Source: Eledone cirrhosa
Taxonomy: Eukaryota
Assembly (NCBI GenBank): GCA_964016885.1
Contig: OZ024752.1
Coordinates: forward strand, 24,800,001-24,864,000
Length of the DNA: 64,000 nucleotides
Direction: 5' to 3'
This document shows positions 21,631-35,900 of this stretch, one piece after another (positions within the stretch are counted from its first letter, which is position 1; each line of letters begins with the position of its first letter). The notes beneath the pieces are model-generated. The model saw nothing but the letters and a program-made list of their open reading frames with translations, did no database searches and was not told the origin of the DNA. Position numbers and translations under genes: made by a program.

Positions 21631-21669
21631 AGAGCTATACATACCATGTTATCACTATATATATATATT

Positions 21670-21945
21670 CAGTGTCTTGATGTGTTGTGTCCTTGAGCAA
21701 GACACTTTATTTCACATTGCTCCAGTTTACTCAGCTGTAGAAATGAGATGATAGGACTGGGGTCCATATCATTCCACTGCAAGGTGGTCGTGGAGGTGCC
21801 ATGGCAAAAAATCACCCAGCACTCACTGTAAATGAGGTTGGTGTTAGGAAGGGCATCCAGCTGTAGAAATCAAGCCAGAATCAGTTCCCATCCCACCCTT
21901 GCAAGCAGGGAAAAGCGGACGTAAAATGATGATAAATAATGATGA
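21670..21945 (+). mobile_element. 5'-truncated SINE, family B, with RTE-like tail
   Basis: gtccttgagcaagacactttatttcac core, ggttggtgttaggaagggcatccagctgtagaaa and (GAT)n tail; matches 53281-53623. Confidence 0.7.
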
Positions 21946-22268
21946 TAAGTACACACAATATATATAGACTATATGTTGTCCAAAGGAAAGTCAAAGGCCG
22001 ATATAACTTGGAACTAGAGTTGTCACAACTTATATTATTCCAGCTGATTGAACTGAAGCAATATGAAATAAAATGTTTTATTGTACGACAGAACATGCTG
22101 CCAAGCCCAGGAATTGAACTCACAAGTCTATCATTGAGTCCAACACCCTAAATGAGGTTCTGAGTTCAATTCCTAGACTAGGTAATGTGTTAAGTCCTTC
22201 AGCAAGACACTTTATTTCACCTTGCTCTATCTCCAGGAGTTACAACTGGTAGATTGTAGATTATATCG

Positions 22269-24884
22269 TCAATTTGAAAGTCCAATGGAAACATTGTTTC
22301 CTTGGTCCAATCTGATGAGTTCCACTCCACTTGGTAAGTAAGGTCTCGGATGTTGAGATTTGTTACCAAAAAAAAAAATTTCTAAAATAAAGATACTGGG
22401 TTGTATAGCTACCTGGTTTGGATGTGTTGTGTTGTGGTATGATGTGTGTCTGTTGTGTAGGGTGGGGTGTGTAATGTAGTGTGTGTGTGTGTGCAGAGTG
22501 ATGTAGTGTGTAGTGTATAGAGGAAATTTTACACACACAGGACCTAGAAGGGGTGCGTGAGGGCTCTACCCCCTACAATCCTCTCGGGAATAAATGGGTA
22601 AAGATAAAGAGAAGAAAGTTGTAAAGTATTTTCAAATGTTAATGTTTTTAAAAAGTCCTAATTTGAACTGTCATGAAAGTACCATCCAACAAATACTGAA
22701 GTTATAAAATTGTTTTATTTAAACATAAATGTAGATATTTTGTCACAAATATGAATATAAACCAGTTAAGGTTTATAAAATAAACACATTGAACTTTTGC
22801 TTTGTTTTTTGTTCAAATGATGGAGTCATAAGGGTGCCACTGTGGGCATTTGAAGCTTGGTGGAGCCCTTCACTCACCAGGTTGGAATAGTTGATTACTT
22901 CCAGAGAAGGAGAGAGACTGAGAGAGAGGAAGTGAGAAAGAAATATAGAGAGGAAGAACAGACCCCTGTGGTAGACTGGTACTTTTTTGTTATCAACCTT
23001 GAATGGATGAAAGGCAAAGTTGACCTCAGCATGATTTAAACCCAGAGCAGAGAACATGAACAAATATGGCAGAAAGCATTCTATCTATTGTTTTATAGAC
23101 TTTAAGTAAATATTTCTACTTTTAACTCAAGGCCAGCAATTGGAAGGGAAGGAGAAAGTTGATTAAATCAACCCCAGTGGATTACTGGTACTTTATTTTA
23201 CTGAACCTCTGAAGAAACCTTAATGACAAATAATATGAAGTGGAACTTCCTACAGAGAGTATTTGTGGATTACAATACAAAACCTCTGAGAATGGTTTCC
23301 AACATATTTCACCATAATTGTTTCTATTGGCACAAGGCCAGCAATTACCCAGTACATAATAAATGTTTATTATTATACGATCTGAGTTCAAATCCCGCCG
23401 AGGTTGACTTTACCTTTCATCCTTACGGGGTCGATAAAATAAAGTACCAGTAATGCACTGGGTAATTGCTGGCCTTGTGCCTAAAGTAGAAACAATTATA
23501 TATTATTATCATTATCATTTATTAAGTGGATTGGCCAGAACAATTCTACTCTCCTTTTATAGATATCACGATCTTCCATAGCATTTCTGAGATCATTAAT
23601 CTCAAGCTGGACATCCAGAGACATCTGATCTATGTAGGTCAATCTCGGTCATCCCACTATGTTTAGGTATCCACCACAGGAGCCAGCTCATCAGGTCATC
23701 CTACCCTCAGTAGCAATGTCCAGCATATATTGTCCTCCGCTCCCTAGTTATTGTGGTAATCTTCGATATATGGGAGTATATTTCTTCCATTTGAGTGAGG
23801 TATATATACATATATATAAACACATACACACACATATATATGTTAAGATGTATAAGAGAAGGATTTCATATTTGGCATGAATAAGGTTTTTCTCCATTAT
23901 GTATTCTTCTATATCTTTTCAAGACACAGTTCAAGGCAAAATATTTCCCACATATTTCACATGAAAAAGTTTTTTCCCCTGCATGTATTCCTTTGTGTTT
24001 TACAAAAAAGATTTTCCACATATTTCACGTTGGAAGGGTTTTTCACCAGTGTGTGTTGTTTTGTGAACTCCAAGATAGGTCTTCTGAGAAAGACATTTCC
24101 CACTTATTTCACAGTGGTGACTTTGCATGTGGATGACCAGTTTAGAATTATCAGTGAAAGATTTCCCACATATTTCACACTGGAAGGGTTTTTCTCCAGT
24201 GTGTATTTTCTTGTGTGAGGTTAGATTCAGTTTTGAAGGGAAAGTTTTCCTGCAAATCTCACAGCTATATTTCTAGCTAGTGATCTTTACATAAAGGATT
24301 CTCACCACTTTTACTTATATATTAAGAAATGTAGATATCGTTAATATATGCTTTGTAGTCTAATATACAAAGGGTCCATAAAAGACTGCAGAACTCCGCT
24401 TTCTTCTTCTACAAAGTTGTAATGTAGCATTTAGTTGGTACACGTAATATAATATATGACAGCCCAAGACTAATTTTCGATGAAGAAAATTCAAGCGTAT
24501 ATTATATGATTCAATCAGAGAGAGAGTATGAGAGAGGGGGCAGGGGGAGATAGAGAGATGAGTGTGTGTGTGTAGGTGTTGTAATAAATCAAGATATTTC
24601 ACTTCAGATATTTAAAAAGTTCACAATGTTTGTGTTGTGATAGAAAACGAAATAATACGTACTTTGGTTTTCAAGACCAAATATTAAGTCAAGAAAATTT
24701 AGTAAAAACTAAATGTTCACTGATTTATGATTAAAAAGACATTTTCCTGACCCGTAAAATGTTGAACAACCACTTCAATATTTAATAATACAGGTGAGAA
24801 AACAACAACTATAAGGTAAATAAGTCACCTTATGTTATTTATAAACATTAACGTTCACCTTAATATGAAATAATCATCATAAAA
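22269..24884. repeat. Segmental duplication of the ZNF cassette, paralogous to ~25890-29443
   Basis: Collinear blocks: 22269-23130~25890-26680, 23525-23800~27625-27890, 24580-24884~29138-29443. Confidence 0.8.
23865..24275 (-). pseudogene. C2H2 zinc-finger pseudogene
   Basis: Reverse complement encodes repeated [16 protein letters not shown]-type units broken by deletions and frameshifts; paralogue of 28071-28748. Confidence 0.8.
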
Positions 24885-27800
24885 GAGGGAGCGAGGGCAT
24901 CGGCTACCGGCACCCAAGTGCTCTCGGGATGCTGAGTGGGATCTTCCGGCGCTGCCCGAGCCAAGCAATGTTGACCAGCGAGGATGGGGCATCAGGCAAG
25001 CTCGTTGTCTCATCTGGTGGTGTGCTAGACGGCCGTGGCTGGGCAGACGAGGCGAAGAGACAGTTTCAGCTTCTCTACGCTGCGAGGGCACTGGATGTTT
25101 GATGCGTCAAGCCAACACAGGTGAGGTGGTGGAAGCAGCCGCACCCCATCAGTTTCGGCCCTTCTCCCGTCTATTCGTGGTGCTGCAGGTGTCGACTGCA
25201 GGGGATGGAGGATTTGGTGGGGGGGGGGGGAGCACCAAGCGGCATCAGGGGTGAGTGGCTGGTTAACACCAGGCTAGGTGCTAGGCACAACTGTGTGGGT
25301 GGAAGGGAAAATGCTGATAAGAGGGCCTCATAGCTCACCTACGTCAGATATGGAGGCATCAGAATACAAGAGAGAAAAGAAGGGGGTGCATGGAGGGGGA
25401 CACACAAGAAGGTAGAATTTTAGCAAATAAATAAATGAATGAATGGATGAATGTACAAAAAAGAAAACAGGGGGTTGTTCCCAGCGGGAAGACCCAGAGT
25501 TCAGCACGCACACATGCGAGCATGTTAGCAGTTTCTCATAGAACCTTGTGGCTAAAGGTGAGTCTTTCAATCCTGAAAACATATGTATTGTTATTATTGT
25601 CACTGATGATGGAGTTGGCTCCCTCTTGTTAATGGTAGTGTTTGTGTTTGCTGGTAAGATGTTGGTGTATACACATATATGTTGTTGTTGTAAATGTCAC
25701 CGCTGCTGTCACTGCCTTCCTCTTGTTAATGGTAGTGATAATTGTTGGTGCTACCTATATCGGCTGTCAAGCTGGCTGCTGTATCAGCTTCTGTGAGTGA
25801 TGCTCCAATGGCCTTCTTGACAAAAGATGTAGGTCAATGGCTTTTGGCATCATTTGGCAACACAACGGCAAATAACTATATTCTCTATCATCAATTGGAA
25901 AGACCAATGGAAACATTGTTTCCTTGGTCCAATCTGATGAGTTCCACTCCACTTGGTAAGTAAGAACTGAGATGTTGAGATTTATTACAAAAAAATCACT
26001 AAAATCAAGATACTGGGTTGGTATAACTACCTGGTTTATGTGTGGTGTGTTGTGGTGTTTTGATGTGGTGTGTGTGTGCAGGGTGATGTGTTGTTGCGTT
26101 TGTGTAGTGTAAAGAGGAAATTTTACACACACAGGACCTAGAAGGGGTGTGTGAGGACTCTACCCCCTACACCCCTATCAGAAATAAATGGGTGAAGAAA
26201 AAGGAAAGAAAGTTGTAAAGTATTTTCAAATGTGAATTATTTTTTTAAAAAGTCAAAATTTCAACTGTCATGAAAGTACCATCCAACAAATTTTAAAGTT
26301 ATGCAATTGTTTTAATTTACACATGTGGATATTTTGACATAAATATAAACCAGTTAAGATTTACAAAATAAACACATCAATGTTTTTTTTTTTTTAAATG
26401 ATGTAGTCGTAAGGGTGTCACTGTGGACATTTGAAGCTTGGTGGAGCCTTTCATTCTCCAGGTTTGAACAGTTGATTTCTTCCAGAGAAGGAGTGAGAAA
26501 TATAGAGAGGAAGAACAGATCCCAGTGACGGACTGGTATTGTTTTTTATCAACATTGAAAGGACGAAAGAAAGTTGACCTCAGCAGGATTTAATCTGAGA
26601 GAGCAGAGAACTAGGATAAATATGGCAGAAAGCATTCTATCTATTGTTTTATAGACAAATAAATGTTTCTACTTTTTATTCAAGGCCAGCAATTTGAAGA
26701 GAAAGGGGAATGCTAATTAAATCAGGCCCAGTGCATTACTGTTACTGTTTTTTATCAACCTTGAATGGATGAAAGTCAAAGTTGACCATGACACGATTTA
26801 AACCCAGAACACAGAGGACTGTAACTTTATGATACAAAGCATATCGTCTGACACTCTACTGATTCTGCAAATCCACCACCCTCAACAATGAAATGAGATT
26901 GTGTCTCTGTAAGAGCCCTTAATGACAAATAATATGAAGGGGTACTTTCTACCGGGTGTATTTGTTAATTACGATACAAAACCTCTGAGAATGATTTCCA
27001 ACAAATTTCACCATAATAAATGTTCATCAATATATATTAACATTATTATTATTTTCTGCTAGCATGTGTAGTGTGCATATTGATATTATACGCAGGTATA
27101 TATACATGTAGATGTGATACATCAAACAAAATCATAATTGACAATATATAATACATAGAAACTGAACAAAGACTGTGTTACACTGTCTTATTTAACCAGT
27201 AACGAAATCCATGATACGTTAAATAAGACGATATTATATATAAACTGCATTAGGAGAAAATTAGTGACGGAAATATATGAATGTTTATTTAAGCGATGGC
27301 CAAACGGAAGTGTTGACATTTCAGAAATTTTAAAGAAGTGAATCTTTAAATAAACAAAATATATTTAATCAACAGTCACGAAATCTAGTAGATAAATTAT
27401 GTAATAATCATTCATTATTGCCGAGGTTGACTTTGCCTTTCATGCTTACGGGATCGATAAAAGAAAGTACCAGTAATGCACTGGGTATTTGCTGGCCTTG
27501 TGCCTAAAGTAGAAACAATTATTTATTCAAAGTAATGCAACTTATTTTACTAGTGGGATAAAAAATTATAAACCGTACGCAGTCCCGCGCTCCTTACTTT
27601 ATTATAGTTTAGATTTATTAGGTCAGGTGGATTGGCCAGAACAATTCTACTCTTCTTTTTTAGATATCAATATCTTCCATGGCATTCCTGAGATCATTAA
27701 TCTCCAGCTGGACATCTGATCTATGTAGGTCAATCTGAGTAATCGCTCTAGGGTCTTACAATGTTTAGGTATCCACCACAATAGCCAGCTCATCCTACCC

Positions 27801-27921
27801 TCAGTAGCCATGTCCAGCTTACCTTGTCCTCTGCTCCCTAGTTATTATGGTAATCTTTAATATATGTTAGTATATTTCTTCCATTTGAGTAATGTATTAA
27901 AAAATAAAAATAATAAAAAAA

Positions 27922-27966
<45 letters not shown>

Positions 27967-28070
27967 ACATGTATGTTGAGATGTACAAGATTTCTCAAGC
28001 TTCATATTTTATATTCTGACTTCCAAAGTGTGTCTATATATGTGTTTTTCATATTTCACAGTGATGGGGT

Positions 28071-28748
28071 TTACCGCAAGTGTTGACTACGTAGGTGAAC
28101 AAACATTGACGAATTCTGAGTGAAAGATTTACCACATAATTCACATGAATAAGGTTTTTCACCAGTATGTATTCTTTTGTGACGTTCAAGATTAGAACTA
28201 TGAGAAAAAGATTTCCCACATATTTCACATGAATAAGGTTTTTCACCAGTATGTGTTCTTTTGTGATTATCAAGTTGCGAACTCTGAGAAAAAGATTTCC
28301 CACATATTTCACATGAATAAGGTTTTTCACCAGTATGTATTCTTTTGTGTTTTACAAGATTTGAACTCTGAGAAAAAGATTTCCCACATATTTCACATGA
28401 ATAAGGTTTTACACCAGTATGTGTTCTTTTGTGATGTTCAAGTTGCGAACACTGAGAAAAAGATTTCCTACATATTTCACAATGGAAGGGTTTTTCACCA
28501 GTGTGACTCCGTATGTGGATGACAAGAGCTGAATTATTTATGAAAGATTTCTCACATATTTCACAGTGGAACGGTTTTTCTCCTGTGTGACTCCGTATGT
28601 GGACGACAAGAATAGAATTATCAGTGAAAGATTTACCACATATTTCACAGTGGAAGGGTTTTTCTCTACTGTGTATTTTCCCATGTGAGGATAGTTTCAG
28701 TTTTGAAGAGAAAGTTTTCCTGCAAATCTCACAGCTATATTCAGACAT
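28071..28748 (-). CDS. Tandem C2H2 zinc-finger protein (7 complete fingers plus an 8th ending near a probable frameshift)
   Basis: 225-aa ORF of CxxC-x12-HxxxH fingers with TGEKP linkers; no effector domain visible. Confidence 0.85.
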   Translation of the reverse strand: MSEYSCEICRKTFSSKLKLSSHGKIHSREKPFHCEICGKSFTDNSILVVHIRSHTGEKPFHCEICEKSFINNSALVIHIRSHTGEKPFHCEICRKSFSQCSQLEHHKRTHTGVKPYSCEICGKSFSQSSNLVKHKRIHTGEKPYSCEICGKSFSQSSQLDNHKRTHTGEKPYSCEICGKSFSHSSNLERHKRIHTGEKPYSCELCGKSFTQNSSMFVHLRSQHLR

Positions 28749-29137
28749 ATTTCATAAAGGAATCTCACCACTTCCACTCATATATTAAGAAATGTAGCAT
28801 TCAGTTGGTAAAGTAGTAAGATGTATGAAAGCGTAAGACTGATCTGGGAAGAAGAAAAAGCAAGTGCTAATATAAATACATATATATGTGTGTGTGTTTT
28901 TTGTTTGTTAAGCTGAGAGAAGCTTTATTCACAATAACATCTTCAGCTCATAAAACAGACGAATATATCTTCGTAATTTAAAGTTCTTGTTATTGAGGAC
29001 AGTTCAGGTGACAACAGTATTAATATCCATAATTACAAAAGATGAAGGTTAATACATATATATATATATATATACAGACATACAGTGTGTACGTATGAGA
29101 GAGAAATAGACGTGTGTGTGGAAATATGTGTACGAGT

Positions 29138-29580
29138 TGTAATAAATCAAGATATTTCACTTCAGATAGTGGAAAGGTTCACAATGTTTGTGTTGTGGAG
29201 GAAAACGAAATAATACGTACTTTAGTTTTCAAGACGAAATATAAAGTCAAGAAAAGTTAGTAAAAACTAAATGTTCACTGATTTCTGATTAAAATAATAT
29301 TTTCCTGTCCTGTAAAATGTTGAACAACCACTTCAATATTTAATAATACAGGAGATAAAACAACAACTATAAGGTAAATAAGTCACCTTATGTTATTTAC
29401 AAACATTAACGTTCACCTTAATATGAAATAATCACCATAAAAGATAAAATTAGATGAGGTTTAAGTTGTTACAATGGAGCTGATATAAATGGTAATATTT
29501 CACTGTCTAGTTGATACCGGTGTCATGACTTAAAAGTCCCCTACATAATTTAATACATTCAGAAACAACTTCCGTTATGT
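29138..29580 (-). promoter_or_regulatory. Conserved non-coding block upstream of the ZNF paralogues (candidate promoter or 5' exon)
   Basis: Shared with 24580-24884 and, more diverged, 61490-61915 (aataatacgtac..aaagtcaagaaa; taaaagtccc..taatttaatac.ttcagaaaca.cttcc). Confidence 0.45.
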
Positions 29581-29811
29581 TAATTCACACGTTCAATCGA
29601 TATGTTACTAATTTATTCAGATTTGTATAGATAACATTATTAATTTTACATAACTGTTTATATTAAAACAAAACACATTATTAAAGGTAATAAAACATTT
29701 AAAAAATGGAAATGAAAAGATGTAAAACATTAGAGACATGTGGAATGATGTGTCTTGCTTAAGGACACAATGTACCTCCCTGACTGAGAATTGAAAATAT
29801 TATATTACAAA

Positions 29812-30004
29812 GGCAGTGGACTGGCAGTATCGGTAGAGGGTCGGACGCCATGCTTTGACGCATAGAGTTACAGCCCTTGCCATTCTGAGTTCAAATCCCG
29901 CCGAGGTTAACTTTGCCTTTCATCCTTAGGGGGACGATAAAATAAAGTACTACTAATGCACTGGGTATTTTTGCTGGCATTGTGCCAAAAGTAGAAACAA
30001 TTAT
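29812..30004 (+). mobile_element. Full-length tRNA-derived SINE, family A
   Basis: A box tggcagtatcgg, B box gagttcaaatccc, central block and tail. Confidence 0.8.
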
Positions 30005-30445
30005 ATTACAATATGATGTATGAATTTACTATAAAGTATATATGTGTTTGTATACATATATATAGTATATATTTGTGAGTATACAATGTCTCATTCCACG
30101 AGAGTAACTTGGTCAGTCTATGAACTCCTCATCCGACCCTTCTATATGTATATACATGTTTGTCAGTGTGTGTGTACATATGTTTATAGAATATTGTCAC
30201 AACTACTATATTCACCACATATACACTATATATAATATTGTCCAATATATATAGACTATATGTCATGTTGGCCAAGGGAAAGGCTGATATAGATTGGCAC
30301 CCGTGACATTACAACTATTATATATACTATATATATACTACATACACTATATATAATGTCCAGAGGAATGGCTGAAAAAGCTTGACACCTGCATTTATCA
30401 TATATATATATATGCACTATACATACTATGTATACACGACATATA

Positions 30446-31000
30446 TATCATCATCATCACCATCATCGATTAACATCTATCTTCCATGGGTTACACAGGT
30501 CCTATTTTGAGGCAAGTTGTGTCGGGTGACTGTGACAGCTCATATAGGGGTGTTTCTGGCTGGTTTTCTATGGCTGGATGCCCTTCCTAATGCCAACCAC
30601 ATTGACAGTGTGGGATGGGTGCTTTTTGCTGTCTTTCACACGTACATTTTACAGCATGGGCTGGGTGCTTTTTTCTGTGTCTTTCACATGTCCACATTAT
30701 AGTGTGGGCTAGCTCTACATATGCTTCAGCTTGTGTTCCTGGGAAGTCGGGTCATCTGTATTACTGCATATCTGCAGAGATCCCGGCCATGTGTCATCTC
30801 CTCTGAGAGGTACAATTGGGCAAGGTCAGCTTGTATCACCTCACCCCAGGTCTTCCAAGGTCTCTCCACTCACTCCAAGGCTTCCAACAACTGAGTCTCC
30901 ATATGGAGCAAAGGATGGAATGTCTACCAATGCCTTTCCTACATACTGGACAAGGCCATTTCCCTGAGAGGATCTCGGTACTGTTTTCTGGAATTTCTAC
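30446..31000 (-). mobile_element. Internally deleted RTE LINE derivative
   Basis: Reverse complement: SGKWPCPVCRKGIGRHSILC joined to RPWKTWGEVIQADL, then the ggcattaggaagggcatccagcc tail and (GAT)n. Confidence 0.65.
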
Positions 31001-31002
31001 CA

Positions 31003-31035
<33 letters not shown>

Positions 31036-31132
31036 TTCTCTACATACAATATATGATGTTATCCAAAGTGAGGTCAATAGCTGATATAACTTGGTGCCAG
31101 TGTCATCACAACTAATATATACACTATATACA

Positions 31133-31355
31133 GATGCGTGGCTGAGTGGTTAGAGAATTGGATTCGCAATCGTGATGTTGTGAGATTGATTCTCGGACTG
31201 GGCGATGTGTTATATCCTTGAGCAAGACAGTTTATTTCACGTTGCTCCTTCTACCTGGAGTTGCGGCCGATAGATAGTATTAGCAATTGGAAAGACCAAT
31301 GGAAACATTGTCTTCTCGGGCCGATTTGACGAAAGTCGATCAACTATCGATACAT
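31133..31355 (+). mobile_element. tRNA-derived SINE, family B variant
   Basis: tggctgagtggttag A box and tccttgagcaagacagtttatttcac core; inverted paralogue at 47862-48081. Confidence 0.7.
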
Positions 31356-33165
31356 TCATTTCATTTTACGTCCATAATATATATACAATAATTAATATAT
31401 ACAATATATATATATATAGAGAGAGAATTCACAGGAATCAAAGTTATGTTCAAACCATTTATTAGCTTACAATTGTTTCATCCAAACCGAGGTTTGTAGT
31501 CTTCGGAGTATTTTTCAATGTTTGTATACATACGTGACCTCCTTTCCAACGCAAGAGACATACAGATACATAAGTATGCATTGATGCACAGTGGGGTGAC
31601 ATATATTATATTATTTCTGAATGGCAATTTAAATTCAAAAATTAAAATCATATTAAAACAGAATCAAAGCAAAATTAAAATTAAAATACAACATCGGCAG
31701 TTAACGTAGATAATGCAAGAGGATATTTGTTAGTCAGTTGTAGTAGTTATTGTATGCATTAGTTACACGTGGAGTATGCACGTGTGTCTTGTTTATATAT
31801 GATTATTGTGCAGCAGGGTGTTATATGCAATACAAGCACTTTAAGCGGGTAATTAAGAGTATTATGGAGGTTGTAGTGGTAAGGTATTTTTTGTGTATGT
31901 TAAAGAAGCTTGTGTGCAGAGAAATAGTATAAATGAGAAGCAAAATAATGTTATGGTTTTTGTATACACCACCATTTTCACAATTCAGGAGACGTAATAT
32001 ATAGTTTATATGTCCTTCACATAATTAACGATGATTCCGTATTGGATGTTTGATGTATTAAGTTAAATTATTAAAGCTTGTTGTTGTTGTTTCTGTTGCG
32101 AGAATTTACATCGTTTTATTATCCGGAAGTATGTGTGTGATTAAGGGGAGATAATGCGTGAGGGGAGGTAACTAGCTGATTTCTATAACTAAATTTATTA
32201 TTCCAACATACATTAAAAGGTGTCTCAATTGAGTCCCTTATATATACGGTTATATACAGTTTCCAAATTTAAGTATCCTATCTTTAATTACAGTCTACTC
32301 TATCATGAAGTATTAGGATGATTACTCTCTATCATAGAGTGCTACAACTGAATATTCCATATGAAGAGTCAGATCTACATATCAAAGTTCTTTGTAAATG
32401 TAGTCTACTCACAGAACCTGTCAAGGCCCCTATTAGAACCACGTCTATATAACCCCTGGTGAGCTCTGGGTCAGCGTATGGCTGATTGCATGGCAAAGTT
32501 AAATATCTCTAGGGTAGACCAAAAAACATTTCTCACTTACAATGTCATTAATCTACCTATCAAGTTATACATGTATGTATAACTCACATACCACTTGTAC
32601 ATAATTCATTGAACTCAACATATAGGTTATACAGCTCTTTTATGTTAATAAATTAATCCTCTATTTATCTAATGATAGCACTCCATACATACAACAACAT
32701 TTGCACAAATAATTCATTGCTGAATTTGGTGTTTAAGGTTTACATATAATTATATAGTGATATAATACAGTCTAAGTAATTGAAAGTAATTATACTAAAA
32801 GTAGGTGTACATGGGGGTATTTCTAGGGTAAAAGGTTTTAGATAGATGGCACGAATTGTGTTAAGATAGGGTGGATCATGGAGTGTGGAGTTGTGGTAAT
32901 AAGGTAGTAATAAATTACTGTCTTTCACTGTTTAGGGTTTAAAATATATATAACTATAAAAGGTTTTAGTATATACATAACCATAAATAGTATCCTTAAT
33001 ACTATATATATATATATATATATCTTCTATACATACTTGGCAGTATCCTGAGCAACAGCGGCAACTTTGAGCTGGACATCAACTGCAGGGTTGTAAAGGT
33101 GACTGCGGTGTTCCAATGGAAGCACTCAATTTGGTCAAACAGAGCCATCAGCTTCTACACTAGCA

Positions 33166-35900
33166 TTTACCTTTACTTATTTTTCCTAACAACATTTGCT
33201 TCCTTTGGTTAAAGGTGAACACACACACGACCATTTCTTAGTCGTCCCCCTCTCCCATGAAATTGGAAATTTATTTTGCTCACAAAAATTATCTTTTTTT
33301 ATGAACTCATCGTGTGTCCCAATTGAAGAATAAATTTAATTTAGAATAACCACAATACAACATATTTTTCTCTTTTCTTCTAATATGTAAGGAACAATTT
33401 CATTCCCGGGCAACGCCGGGTACCTATGCTAGTACACTATATAAATGTCCAAGATAAAGGCAATGGCTGATAAAGCTTGACACCAGTGACATCACAACAT
33501 ATATATACAATATATATATATATTATATACACTGTGTACAATATATATTATACACTATATATGTTGTCCAAGGAAAAAATAATGACTGATACAGCTTGGC
33601 ACCAGTGACATCACAACATATATATACACTATATATATACACACTATATATATATATATACACTGTCTGCAATATATATTATACACTAGGCTATATATGT
33701 TGTCCAAGGGAAAGGCAATGGCTGATATAGCTTGGCATCAGTCACATCACAACATATATATATACTATATATATATATATATATATATACAGTGTACAAT
33801 ATATATTATACACTATATATGTTGTCCAAGGGAAAGGCAATGGCAGATACAGCTTGGCACCAGTGACATCACAACATATATATATATATAACTTATATCC
33901 CAGACATCCATAGATTATTTCTATTCTACAGCTATCTCTCTTCCCCAATTTCAAAATGTTCTGTTTACATTATTATTATCATTCACTGGTTTCCACAACG
34001 TATATACTTCGACCTTGTTTTTGATATAAACCATGTTGGACATTGTCTCTTTCTCTACGAACTCATCCCTAAGCCCCGCCATTATCTCCCCTTTCTCTCA
34101 CTCATTAATTTCGGTGTTTACGAAGCTAGGTGTCCATCTTCAAAATTCTTGCATATCTGCCTTGTCTAATATGCCTACTTGTACCTGCTTATTGGCCCCC
34201 AATCTCCTGTGATGATATATGTCATGATGACTACCTATCTCACAATTTCCCACTCACCACCACAGGCTATTTAACCAATCAAACCTCAGCAACATGTCCT
34301 TACCCATTACCAGCCCCAACAAACTCTGCTATTACTACTACTGTTCTTCTAGCCCTTACCAGCCCAAACAAACTCTGCAATTACTACTACTGTCCTTCTA
34401 AACCTTACCGGCCCCAACAAACTCTGCCATTAATACTACTGTCCTTCTAGCCCTTACCAGCCCCAATGAACTCTACCAATTGTTGATGGTGACCCCTGAT
34501 TGTTAGGGCTGTCAGTGAACGCACACAACCCTATTTAAGGGACCCTACTTGAAATTGTTTGATGGCTACCGCAATGGTAAATTCAAATCGTCCAGCATTC
34601 GCTAAAACAGTGTTATAAGCGCTACAGTGGACAGACAGGTACGTTATTGCTCTTAACAAGCCCGGTTTACCTTTACTTATTTTTCCTAACAACATTTGCT
34701 TCCTTTGGTTAAAGGTGAACACACACACGACCATTTCTTAGTCGTCCCCCTCTCCCATGAAATTGGAAATTTATTTTGCTCACAAAAATTATCTTTTTTT
34801 ATGAACTCATCGTGTGTCCCAATTGAAGAATAAATTTAATTTAGAATAACCACAATACAACATATTTTTCTCTTTTCTTCTAATATGTAAGGAACAATTT
34901 CATTCCCGGGCAACGCCGGGTACCTATGCTAGTACACTATATAAATGTCCAAGATAAAGGCAATGGCTGATACAGCTTGACACCAGTGACATCACAACAT
35001 ATATATACAATATATATATATATTATATACACTGTGTACAATATATATTATACACTATATATGTTGTCCAAGGAAAAAATAATGACTGATACAGCTTGGC
35101 ACCAGTGACATCACAACATATATATACACTATATATATACACACTATATATATATATATACAGTCTACAATATATATTATACACTAGGCTATATATGTTG
35201 TCCAAGGGAAAGGCAATGGCTGATACAGCTTGGCATCAGTCACATCACAACATATATATACACTATATATATATATATACAGTGTACAATATATATTATA
35301 CACTATATATGTTGTGCAAGGGAAAGGCAATGGCTGATACAGCTTGGCACCAGTGACATCACAACATATATATATATATAACTTATATCCCAGACATCCA
35401 TAGATTATTTCTATTCAACAGCTATCTCTCTTGCCCAATTTCAAAATGTTCTATTTACATTATTATTATTATCATTCACTGGTTTCCACAACGTATATAC
35501 TTCGACCTTGTTTTTTATATAAACCATGTTGGACATTGTCTCTTTCTCTACGAACTCATCCCTAAACCCCGCCATTATCTCCCCTTTCTCTCACTCATTC
35601 GTTTCGGTGTTTACGAAGCTAGGTGACCATCTTCAAAATTCTTGCATATCTGCCTTGTCTAATATGCCTACTGTGATGATATATGTCATGATAGCTACCT
35701 ATCTCACAATTTCCCACTCACCACCATAGGCTATTTAACCAATCAAACCTCAGCAACATGTCCTTACCCATTACCAGCCCCAACAAACTCTGCCATTACT
35801 ACTACTGTCCTTCTAAACCTTACCAGCCCCAACAAACTCTGCCATTACTACTACTATCCTTCTAGCCCTTACAGCCCCAACAAACTCTGCTATTGCTACT
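33166..35900. repeat. 1500-bp-period direct duplication (33166-~34480 and 34666-~35900)
   Basis: tttacctttacttatttttcc starts at both 33166 and 34666, and the copies stay collinear. Confidence 0.9.
33405..33432 (+). mobile_element. Helitron 3' terminus (second copy at 34905-34932)
   Basis: CCCGGgcaacgCCGGG hairpin, 8-nt spacer, CTAG followed by T. Confidence 0.7.

Noticed and set aside
22280-22330. Possible type II hammerhead (GAAAcattgtt..ccaatCTGATGA; also 25905 and 46310)
   Set aside because: Stems I and II do not close properly, and related SINE-tail copies (31300, 47880) have TTGACGA.
28049-28788. Alternative-frame and antisense ORFs over the ZNF (e.g. 28049-28330, 28229-28522, 23877-24218)
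   Set aside because: Shadow ORFs of the 84-bp finger periodicity.
28905-28960. Minus-strand CTGAAGA with flanking pairing
   Set aside because: No GAAA at the required position.
29812-29900. tRNA genes (also 53545-53623 and 31133-31200)
   Set aside because: A and B boxes are present, but I could not build a complete cloverleaf; they continue into SINE bodies.
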